From Synechococcus sp. (GTDB lineage Bacteria > Cyanobacteriota > Cyanobacteriia > PCC-6307 > Cyanobiaceae), in assembly GCA_047285305.1 (NCBI GenBank), contig JBJBDL010000003.1:608001-672000 (forward strand): a DNA stretch of 64,000 bases, in the 5' to 3' direction. Position numbers and translations under genes: made by a program. Shown here one piece after another: positions 56,506-64,000 of the stretch (positions within the stretch are counted from its first letter, which is position 1; every line of letters begins with the position of its first letter). The notes under the pieces are model-generated. The model was not told the DNA's origin and ran no database searches. It worked only from the letters and a program-made list of their open reading frames with translations.

Positions 56506-56971
56506 CCTGGTTCTGTTGCGGCATGGCATCGCCGAACCCCGCCATGCGGGCCAGGACCATCCGGATCGACCCCTGACCGCCGCTGGCCGTCGGCGAACCC
56601 AGCGGGTGATGGCGGCCCTAGTGCAACGCGGGCTGCGGTTGGATCGCTTGCTGTCCAGCCCTTATCGGCGGGCTCTACAAACGGCGGAACTGGCGTTGGA
56701 GGCGGGGCTCGCTTCTGAGCTCGCGGTGGATGAACGTCTCCAGCCGGGAAGGGCCCTCAAAATGATGGTGCCCACCTTTGATGAACGGCTTGGCTTTGTC
56801 GGTCATGAGCCAGATCTTGGCGATCTGGCCTGCAGTCTTCTGGGGTGTGCCCCGGGTGCCCTGGTGCTGAAGAAAGCCGGCGTGATTCAGCTGCGTCGTT
56901 CCGCGGGCCAGTGGCAGTTGAAGGCCTTGCTTCGGCCATCACTGTTGATTGACGATTTAGGTTGCTGTTAG
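56483..56971 (+). CDS. sixA: SixA-like phosphohistidine phosphatase
   Basis: Motifs LLRHGIA, RPLT, SSPYRRALQT, VGHEP, LKKAG. Confidence 0.88.
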   Translation: MPGSNSADLVLLRHGIAEPRHAGQDHPDRPLTAAGRRRTQRVMAALVQRGLRLDRLLSSPYRRALQTAELALEAGLASELAVDERLQPGRALKMMVPTFDERLGFVGHEPDLGDLACSLLGCAPGALVLKKAGVIQLRRSAGQWQLKALLRPSLLIDDLGCC

Positions 56972-56984
56972 AGGCAATCAGGCG

Positions 56985-58175
56985 GTGGCCCAGCAGCAGA
57001 CAGGCGACCTGCGTCATGCGCGGACCGGGATCGAACTGCGTCCAGGCCTGGATGGCGTGCCGGCAACCCAGTCGGCGATCTGCGACATCGATGGAGAGCA
57101 AGGGCTGCTCACCTATCGCGGCTACCCGATGCAGGATCTGGCGGCCAACAGCAGCTTTCTGGAAACGGCCTACCTGCTGATCTGGGGAGAGCTGCCCAGC
57201 CGCGACCAGTTGGCGGAGTTTGAGCACGCGGTGCAGATGCACCGGCGGGTCAGCTTCCGGGTGCGGGACATGATGAAGTGCTTCCCGGCCAGCGGCCATC
57301 CCATGGACGCGCTGCAGTCAAGTGCCGCTTCACTGGGGCTGTTCTATTCGCGCCGTGCGATCGACGACCCGCAGTACATCTATGACGCGGTGGTGCGATT
57401 GATCGCCAAGATCCCCACGATGGTGGCCGCTTTTCAGCTGATCCGCAAAGGCCAGGACCCAATACAGCCCAGGGATGATCTGGCCTACTCCGCCAATTTC
57501 CTCTACATGCTCACTGAACGGGAGCCGGATCCCCTGGCGGCGCGCATCTTTGATCGCTGCCTGATGCTCCATGCCGAGCACAGCCTCAACGCCAGCACCT
57601 TCAGTGCCCGCGTCACCGCCAGCACCCTGACCGACCCCTACGCCGTGGTGGCTTCAGCCGTCGGCACCCTGGCGGGCCCACTCCACGGCGGCGCCAATGA
57701 AGATGTCCTCGCCATGCTCGAGCAGGTGGGCAGTCCTGAGAATGCTGGCGCTTTCTTGGATGAGGCCATCGCGGCCAAGCGCAAAATCATGGGCTTTGGC
57801 CACCGGGAATACAAGGTGAAGGATCCCCGCGCCGTGATCCTGCAGGCTCTGGTGGAGGAGATGTTCGCAAGCTTTGGTCATGACGACCTCTACGACGTAG
57901 CCCGGGCGATCGAAGCAGAGGCAGAGTCCCGCCTCGGCCCCAAAGGTATCTATCCCAACGTCGATTTCTATTCGGGCCTGGTGTACCGCAAGCTCGGCAT
58001 TCCCAGGGATCTGTTCACGCCGGTCTTCGCCATTGCCAGGGTCGCTGGCTGGCTGGCCCATTGGCGGGAGCAGCTCGGGGCGAACCGGATTTTTCGGCCT
58101 TCGCAGATCTACTCCGGATCTCAGCCACGCTCCTGGATGCCCATTGAGGAGCGCGTCTCGGCTCCGGCCGCCTAA
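56985..58175 (+). CDS. gltA: Citrate synthase
   Basis: Motifs GLLTYRGY, HAEHSLNAST, GPLHGGAN, MGFGHR, YPNVDFYSG. Confidence 0.98.
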   Translation: MAQQQTGDLRHARTGIELRPGLDGVPATQSAICDIDGEQGLLTYRGYPMQDLAANSSFLETAYLLIWGELPSRDQLAEFEHAVQMHRRVSFRVRDMMKCFPASGHPMDALQSSAASLGLFYSRRAIDDPQYIYDAVVRLIAKIPTMVAAFQLIRKGQDPIQPRDDLAYSANFLYMLTEREPDPLAARIFDRCLMLHAEHSLNASTFSARVTASTLTDPYAVVASAVGTLAGPLHGGANEDVLAMLEQVGSPENAGAFLDEAIAAKRKIMGFGHREYKVKDPRAVILQALVEEMFASFGHDDLYDVARAIEAEAESRLGPKGIYPNVDFYSGLVYRKLGIPRDLFTPVFAIARVAGWLAHWREQLGANRIFRPSQIYSGSQPRSWMPIEERVSAPAA

Positions 58176-58199
58176 GTTGCACCCACTTCCGTCGACACC

Positions 58200-59321
58200 A
58201 TGGTGAGTCCGGGACTGGACCTGGAATTGAGCTTTAGCCAGGCCCTGCAAGGGTTTGGCTTCTCCCCGGAGGTGGCTAGACTCCTTTGGCTTCCACTGCC
58301 GATGCTGCTGGTTCTGGTAGCTGCAGTGGTGGGTGTGCTCGTTTCGGTGTGGCTGGAGCGCAAGATTTCTGCCGCTGTCCAGCAGCGGATAGGTCCTGAG
58401 TATGCCGGTGCCCTGGGCGTGCTTCAGCCCCTGGCCGACGGCCTCAAGCTGCTCGTCAAAGAAGACATCATCCCGGCGCGGGCCGACAGCCTGCTGTTCA
58501 CCCTCGGCCCGGTGCTGGTGGTGGTGCCGGTGATCATCTCCTGGCTGATCATTCCCTTTGGCCAGAACCTGCTGATCAGCAATGTGGGCGTGGGGATCTT
58601 CCTCTGGATCGCCTTCAGCAGCATTCAGCCGATCGGCTTGTTGATGAGCGGCTATGCCTCCAACAACAAGTATTCGCTGCTCGGGGGACTTCGGGCCGCG
58701 GCTCAATCGATCAGCTACGAAATTCCCCTGGCTCTGGCGGTTCTGGCCATCGTGATGATGACTAACTCGCTGAGCACGGTCGACATTGTGGGTCAGCAGA
58801 CCGGGGCCGGCATTTTGAGCTGGAACATCTGGCGTCAGCCGGTGGGCTTCCTGATTTTCTGGATCTGTGCCCTGGCCGAGTGTGAGCGGCTTCCCTTCGA
58901 CCTTCCCGAAGCTGAGGAAGAGCTGGTCGCTGGTTACCAGACCGAGTACGCGGGCATGAAGTTCGCCCTCTTCTACCTGGCGGGTTACATCAACCTGGTG
59001 CTCTCGGCTGTCCTGGTCAGCGTTCTGTATCTCGGGGGCTGGGGCTTCCCGATCCCCGTGGAATGGCTGGCCGGCTGGTTGAACCAGCCCATAGATGCCC
59101 CAGTGGTGCAGGTGATCACGGGCACCGTTGGCATTGTGATGACGGTGCTCAAGGCTTATCTGCTGGTGTTCGTGGCGATCCTGCTGCGCTGGACCACCCC
59201 CCGCGTGCGCATTGACCAGCTGCTCGATCTGGGTTGGAAGTTCCTGCTGCCCTTATCCCTGGTGAACCTTCTGGTGACAGCCGCCCTCAAGCTCGCATTC
59301 CCTGTTGCATTCGGCGGCTAG
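58200..59321 (+). CDS. ndhA: NAD(P)H-quinone oxidoreductase subunit 1
   Basis: Motifs [43 protein letters not shown]. Confidence 0.99.
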   Translation: MVSPGLDLELSFSQALQGFGFSPEVARLLWLPLPMLLVLVAAVVGVLVSVWLERKISAAVQQRIGPEYAGALGVLQPLADGLKLLVKEDIIPARADSLLFTLGPVLVVVPVIISWLIIPFGQNLLISNVGVGIFLWIAFSSIQPIGLLMSGYASNNKYSLLGGLRAAAQSISYEIPLALAVLAIVMMTNSLSTVDIVGQQTGAGILSWNIWRQPVGFLIFWICALAECERLPFDLPEAEEELVAGYQTEYAGMKFALFYLAGYINLVLSAVLVSVLYLGGWGFPIPVEWLAGWLNQPIDAPVVQVITGTVGIVMTVLKAYLLVFVAILLRWTTPRVRIDQLLDLGWKFLLPLSLVNLLVTAALKLAFPVAFGG

Positions 59322-59380
59322 GTTTTCCTACCTAGGATTTCATCGCTCCCGGCTCCGCTTCGTTCTCTCCCTTTCAGACC

Positions 59381-60028
59381 ATGTTCGGCTTCCTCAAACA
59401 GGTCGGTGATTACACCCGGGATGCAGTCGATGCAGCCCGGAATCTGGCCCAAGGCTTTTCGGTCACCTTCGACCACATGCAGCGCCGTCCGGTCACGGTG
59501 CAGTACCCCTACGAGAAGCTCATCCCCTCTGAGCGTTATCGGGGCCGGATTCACTACGAATTCGACAAGTGCATCGCTTGTGAGGTGTGCGTGCGGGTCT
59601 GCCCGATCAACCTTCCTGTGGTCGATTGGGTGATGAACAAAGCCACGAAGAAGAAGGAGCTGCGCAATTACTCCATCGACTTCGGCGTTTGCATTTTCTG
59701 CGGCAACTGCGTCGAGTACTGCCCCACCAACTGCCTCTCAATGACTGAGGAGTATGAGCTGGCGGCTTTTGATCGCCACAGTCTCAACTACGACAACGTG
59801 GCCCTTGGCCGCCTTCCCACCAGCGTCACCACCGATCCCTCCGTTGTTCCTCTGCGGGAACTCGCCTATCTGCCGGAGGGCGAGATGGATCCCCACGGTG
59901 TTGCTGCCGATCGGCCCAGGGCTGGCCAGCTGCCGTCTCAGGTGTTGGAGACCCTTACCCCTCCAGCCAAGCCCGCTGGCAAGAATGAGGGACAATCCTC
60001 CAGTGAGGCCAAGGAGGGCGACGCATGA
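59381..60028 (+). CDS. ndhI: NAD(P)H-quinone oxidoreductase subunit I
   Basis: Two 4Fe-4S motifs, [12 protein letters not shown] and [12 protein letters not shown]. Confidence 0.99.
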   Translation: MFGFLKQVGDYTRDAVDAARNLAQGFSVTFDHMQRRPVTVQYPYEKLIPSERYRGRIHYEFDKCIACEVCVRVCPINLPVVDWVMNKATKKKELRNYSIDFGVCIFCGNCVEYCPTNCLSMTEEYELAAFDRHSLNYDNVALGRLPTSVTTDPSVVPLRELAYLPEGEMDPHGVAADRPRAGQLPSQVLETLTPPAKPAGKNEGQSSSEAKEGDA

Positions 60029-60624
60029 CCATCGCGACAACCACCGAGCTGATCTGTTTCCTGGTGCTGTCCGCCGTTGTGGTGATCGGTGCTCTGGGTG
60101 TAGTGCTGCTCAGCAACATCGTCTATTCCGCCTTCCTGCTGGGCGGGGTGTTCACCGCCGTTGCAGGGCTCTACCTGCTGCTGAACGCCAGTTTCGTGGC
60201 CATGGCTCAGATCCTGGTGTACGTAGGCGCGATCAACGTGTTGATCCTGTTCGCGATCATGCTCGTCAACAAGCGGGAAGACCTGAAGGCCATCGCCAAT
60301 CTCACCACGCGCCGTGTGGTGTCCGCCGGCGTCTGCGCTGGTCTGCTGGCGTTGCTGGTTCGTGTTGTGGTCACCACCCCTTGGTCGCTGCCCGGTCCTG
60401 CTGCTGTGGGTGAAGAAGCCACGGCTCGCATCGGTGAACATTTGTTCACCGATTACCTCCTGCCGTTTGAGGTGGCATCGGTGCTGCTGCTGATGGCCAT
60501 GATCGGTGCAATCGTTTTGGCCCGTCGTGATGTGCTGGCCACCGATGTGGTCACCGGTGAGGTGGCCGATCAAGGCCTGATTGAAAAGGCCCGTACTCCC
60601 CTGCTGATGAATCGAGCGGACTGA
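60025..60624 (+). CDS. ndhG: NAD(P)H-quinone oxidoreductase subunit 6
   Basis: Motifs [31 protein letters not shown]. Confidence 0.98.
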   Translation: MTIATTTELICFLVLSAVVVIGALGVVLLSNIVYSAFLLGGVFTAVAGLYLLLNASFVAMAQILVYVGAINVLILFAIMLVNKREDLKAIANLTTRRVVSAGVCAGLLALLVRVVVTTPWSLPGPAAVGEEATARIGEHLFTDYLLPFEVASVLLLMAMIGAIVLARRDVLATDVVTGEVADQGLIEKARTPLLMNRAD

Positions 60625-60953
60625 TGAGCGATTTTCTTGCCACGCTTCCCTCCCTGCAGGCCTACCTCCTGGTAGCTGCCATGCTCTTCTGCATCGGCGT
60701 CTGGGGTCTGATCAACAGCCGCAATGCGGTGCGCGTTCTGATGAGCATTGAGCTGATGCTCAATGCGGTGAACATCAACCTGATGGCCTTCTCCTCCTTC
60801 GTGGATGGTGATCTGATTCGCGGCCAGGTCTTCGCTGTGTTCGTGATCACGGTGGCCGCTGCTGAGGCAGCCGTCGGTCTGGCAATCCTGCTGTCGCTTT
60901 ATCGCAATCGCGTTACCGTCGACATGGAGCAGTTCAACCTGCTGCGCTGGTAA
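60624..60953 (+). CDS. ndhE: NAD(P)H-quinone oxidoreductase subunit 4L
   Basis: Motifs [12 protein letters not shown] and [10 protein letters not shown]. Confidence 0.98.
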   Translation: MSDFLATLPSLQAYLLVAAMLFCIGVWGLINSRNAVRVLMSIELMLNAVNINLMAFSSFVDGDLIRGQVFAVFVITVAAAEAAVGLAILLSLYRNRVTVDMEQFNLLRW

Positions 60954-60971
60954 TCCCCGCACACCTGGGTC

Positions 60972-61922
60972 ATGCGTCTCGATAGGGTCTGGGTGATCTA
61001 TCGGGCCGACAGTCAGCCTGCCCAGCGTGAAGCCCGGCAATGTGCCAAGGAGCTGAAAGCCCTCGGCTCCAACGTGGTCACGGCGATGTCAGGGCCGAGG
61101 GTGAATCCTTTCCCCGGCCTGCTGGCTGTTGAGGAGTCGTTGCCTGACCTGGCTCTGGTGCTGGGGGGGGATGGAACGGTGCTGGGTGCCGCCCGCCATT
61201 TGGCGGTGCATGACATCCCGATCCTCAGCATCAATGTGGGAGGCCATCTGGGTTTTCTCACCCATGACCGCCGTGTGTTGCGCGGCGATCAGATCTGGCA
61301 ACGCCTTCAGGACGATCAATTCGCGATCGAACGGCGCATGATGCTTCAGGCTATGGTCGATCGCCGCTCTGCAGAGGACCGTGCGGCCTCCCCCGGTCTG
61401 CTGCAACAGCCGGACCTCGAAGACGATGAAGAGCACCACTGGGCATTCAACGACTTCTACCTGCGGGCCTACCGCGATGAGATTTCCCCAACCTGCACCC
61501 TTGAGCTCGAGATTGATGGGGAAGTGATCGACCAGGTGCGTGGTGACGGTCTGATTCTCTCCACCCCGACGGGGTCCACCGGGTACGCCCTGGCGGCAGG
61601 GGGACCGATCCTTCACCCCGGCATCGACGCCATCATCGTTGCCCCGATCTGCCCGATGAGCCTCTCCAGCAGAACGCTGGTGGTGCCGCCCAGGGCCAGG
61701 TTGGCGATCTGGCCCCTCGGGGCTGGGGATCACCGCATCAAGCTGTGGAAGGACGGTGTGGGCTGCACGGTGCTGGAGCCTGGTGAGTGCTGTGTTGTTC
61801 AGCAGGCGCGCCACCATGCCCTGATGGTGTTGCTCAATCAAAGCCCGTCGTATTACCGAACCTTGTCCCACAAGCTGCATTGGGCGGGAAGCTTGCACGC
61901 GGCACAGCCCTCGCAGAATTGA
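60972..61922 (+). CDS. NAD(+) kinase
   Basis: Motifs [29 protein letters not shown]. Confidence 0.96.
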   Translation: MRLDRVWVIYRADSQPAQREARQCAKELKALGSNVVTAMSGPRVNPFPGLLAVEESLPDLALVLGGDGTVLGAARHLAVHDIPILSINVGGHLGFLTHDRRVLRGDQIWQRLQDDQFAIERRMMLQAMVDRRSAEDRAASPGLLQQPDLEDDEEHHWAFNDFYLRAYRDEISPTCTLELEIDGEVIDQVRGDGLILSTPTGSTGYALAAGGPILHPGIDAIIVAPICPMSLSSRTLVVPPRARLAIWPLGAGDHRIKLWKDGVGCTVLEPGECCVVQQARHHALMVLLNQSPSYYRTLSHKLHWAGSLHAAQPSQN

Positions 61923-61925
61923 GCC

Positions 61926-62432
61926 ATGGTCCTTGAGATTGAACGACGCTTCTTGGTGCGGTCGGATGCCTGGCGCAGCAGTGCAGGCCCCGCGCAGCCG
62001 CTCCGTCAGGGCTATCTGGCCGCTAGTGCCGACGGTGTGACGGTGCGGATGCGCCTGCGTGGCACGGATCAGGCCTGGCTCACCCTGAAGGCGGCGGCTG
62101 ACGCCGTTGGTCTGGTGCGCCACGAGTGGGAATACCCGATTCCCGTTGCGGACGCCGAAGCTCTCTGGGATCTGGCGCCTCACCGCCTGGACAAAGTCCG
62201 CTATGCCTTGGATTGCCCTGGTGGTGACTGGGTGGTGGATTGTTTTCAGGGGGAGAACGCCCCCTTGGTGCTGGCGGAGGTGGAGTTGGCATCGGCCCAG
62301 GTGGATCTGCTGATTCCGCCCTGGTGTGGCGAGGAGATCACCGGGGAGTCCCGCTGGAGCAATGCGGTGCTGGCCCAGCATCCGGTTCAGTCGTGGTCCG
62401 AGGAGCAGCGCCGTCGCTTTGGCTGGCCCTAA
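61926..62432 (+). CDS. CYTH-domain protein (triphosphate tunnel metalloenzyme)
   Basis: EIERRF motif, QGYL, LTLK, EWEY, AEVEL. Confidence 0.92.
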   Translation: MVLEIERRFLVRSDAWRSSAGPAQPLRQGYLAASADGVTVRMRLRGTDQAWLTLKAAADAVGLVRHEWEYPIPVADAEALWDLAPHRLDKVRYALDCPGGDWVVDCFQGENAPLVLAEVELASAQVDLLIPPWCGEEITGESRWSNAVLAQHPVQSWSEEQRRRFGWP

Positions 62433-62498
62433 GGCCAGACTGGATTTGTCTTCAGATTTCCTTTAGCTTTGAGGAGTTCTGATTGGTGGCTCTTTCCA

Positions 62499-62684
62499 GT
62501 GGTGGGTCTATACGACACAACTGGAATGCTTCGCTTCGCGGGATCCAGCGTGGAGGCCTGCCTGGAGTACGCCACGTTGTTTCAGATCCCTGTGGGCCCA
62601 GCCTCCCTGCAAAGCCTGCCGGAGCCTGTCAGCTCCACGATCAGGCTGAGGGGGGATCGTGTTCTGGAAGGACGCAGCAGTTGA
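62499..62684 (+). CDS. Small hypothetical protein (picocyanobacterial family)
   Basis: VGLYDTTGMLRFAG...CLEYATLF. Start uncertain (GTG 62499 or 62502). Confidence 0.55.
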   Translation: MVGLYDTTGMLRFAGSSVEACLEYATLFQIPVGPASLQSLPEPVSSTIRLRGDRVLEGRSS

Positions 62685-62919
62685 AGCCGTCCCGGCAGAT
62701 CTTCCCGTTGTCCATTGCCCAATTGAGCAGTGCCACCCGGTTCTTAGAACCGGTTTTGGTGAACACGTTGCTCACATGGTTGTCCACCGTTCGTTTGCTG
62801 ATGGTGAGACGGTCAGCGATTTCCTGATTGGTCAGTCCTTCGGCCACGAGCTCGATGATCTCGATCTCCCTGGCAGAGAGGGAGATCTCCAGAGGATCGG
62901 TACCGTCGAGGGAGGACAT
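62641..62919 (-). CDS. pedR: Stand-alone LuxR-type HTH regulator, PedR-like
   Basis: LSAREIEIIELVAEGLTNQEIA...TVDNHVSN with a C-terminal CRDGFNCC cysteine cluster. Confidence 0.8.
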   Translation of the reverse strand: MSSLDGTDPLEISLSAREIEIIELVAEGLTNQEIADRLTISKRTVDNHVSNVFTKTGSKNRVALLNWAMDNGKICRDGFNCCVLPEHDPPSA

Positions 62920-62986
62920 GGGTGACCACCGTTGAAATCATGCTAGTCCGGACGACCGGTCTGATCCTGCATAGTGGGCCGGTGAA

Positions 62987-63892
62987 ATGGAAAGAGATTT
63001 GAGCACGGCGCTGCAACGCGCAATTGAGGCCGGGGATCAGGTGCTCACGGCCGAGGTGATGCCTCCCCGCGGAGCCGATCCCTCGCACATGCTTGCCATG
63101 GCCACATCGCTGCATGGCCGTGTCCATGCGGTGAATGTGACCGATGGCAGTCGGGCCGTGATGCGGATGAGCAGCCTGGCCTCCTGCAAGTTGCTGCTCG
63201 AGGCCGGTCTGGAACCGGTGTTGCAGATGGCCTGCCGGGATCGCAATCGCATCGCCCTTCAGGCCGATCTGCTCGGTGCCCATGCCATGGGGATCCGCAA
63301 CCTGTTGTGTCTCACTGGCGATCCAGTGAGGGCGGGCGATCAGGCGGATGCTCGGCCGGTGAATGAGTTCGAGTCGGTGAAGCTTCTGCAGCAGGTGGAC
63401 GCCCTCAATCGTGGTGTGGATCCCGTGCAGGGCACCCTGCCCGATGGGGCAACCACGCTGTTTGCCGGGTGTGCCGCCGACCCACAATCGAGGAGCTGGA
63501 GCGGTCTCCAGCGCCGGTTGCAGCGCAAGCAGGCGGCGGGAGCCCGGTTCGTTCAAACCCAGATGGTGATGGACCCTGAAGCGCTCGAGCGCTTCCAGTG
63601 CGAACTGGCCGGACCCCTGGACCTGCCCGTGCTCGCTGGCGTGTTTCTGCTGAAGTCAGCCAGGAATGCCCGGTTCATCAACCGAGTTGTGCCAGGAGCC
63701 TGCATCCCCGATGCGTTGATCCATCGGCTGGAGTGCGCCGAGAATCCCGCCATGGAGGGTGTGGCCATCGCCGCTGAACAGGTGAAGCGCTATCTCGGCA
63801 TCGTTCGTGGCGTGCACTTGATGGCAATCAAGGCCGAGGAGCGCATCCCGTTGATCCTGGATCTAGCCGGACTCAGCTCGCTGCCTGGGTGA
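62987..63892 (+). CDS. metF: Methylenetetrahydrofolate reductase
   Basis: Motifs AEVMPPRG, NVTDGSRA, CRDRNRIALQ, LTGDP, FVQTQ, GVHLM. Confidence 0.93.
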   Translation: MERDLSTALQRAIEAGDQVLTAEVMPPRGADPSHMLAMATSLHGRVHAVNVTDGSRAVMRMSSLASCKLLLEAGLEPVLQMACRDRNRIALQADLLGAHAMGIRNLLCLTGDPVRAGDQADARPVNEFESVKLLQQVDALNRGVDPVQGTLPDGATTLFAGCAADPQSRSWSGLQRRLQRKQAAGARFVQTQMVMDPEALERFQCELAGPLDLPVLAGVFLLKSARNARFINRVVPGACIPDALIHRLECAENPAMEGVAIAAEQVKRYLGIVRGVHLMAIKAEERIPLILDLAGLSSLPG

Positions 63893-64000
63893 GGTCGGTA
63901 CCGAGCAGCTCTGCCATTGCTTTCTGCTGTGGGGAAGGCTCCACCAGGTCCTGACGACGGGCATCGGTGATCAGCCAGTCGAGCGAGGCCTCCTGCAGAT
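63873..64000 (-). CDS. 3' end of a gene entering from the right edge, possibly an NDP-sugar nucleotidyltransferase
   Basis: Reads LQEASLDWLITDARRQDLVEPSPQQKAMAELLGTDLTQAAS*. Product inferred only from recalled synteny. Confidence 0.5.
   Translation of the reverse strand, partial: LQEASLDWLITDARRQDLVEPSPQQKAMAELLGTDLTQAAS

Overview
Gene-dense, GC-rich (roughly 60-65% by eye) core-genome segment of a marine picocyanobacterium, most likely Synechococcus subcluster 5.1. The taxon is inferred from protein sequences and gene order. Contents in order: ABC1 kinase, eno, gloA, clpB, secE-nusG-rplK-rplA-rplJ-rplL, rnhA, pyrD, cobD-like aminotransferase, murG, pgk, ylqF, rluD-like, spoT, mnmE, nadC-argS-hisC-like-asparaginase, trpG/pabA, dgkA, ybeY, prfB (programmed frameshift), grxC, gshB, men cluster, ndhH, rsmH, cysteine desulfurase, a response regulator, chlM, nagA, purE, cysC, trpB, hrcA, sixA, gltA, ndhAIGE, NAD kinase, CYTH, pedR-like, metF. 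I saw no tRNA, rRNA, CRISPR array, integrase, transposase or prophage, and no convincing wholly new multi-gene system. The signals not explained by the ORF track are: (1) a ~98-nt Yfr2-family-like sRNA with its own -10 box and terminator, convergent on rplL; (2) several signs of gene decay: a multiply disrupted DUF3747-like gene, a nonsense codon in a membrane-protein gene after purE, a probable uspA relic between pgk and ylqF, and apparently unusual substitutions in housekeeping proteins, which together hint at relaxed selection or sequence error; (3) an asparaginase with HGTNT in place of canonical HGTDT, translationally coupled to a HisC-like aminotransferase; (4) L1 and L10 ribosomal-protein leader elements. 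Product calls come from motif recognition and recalled homologs, not from database searches.
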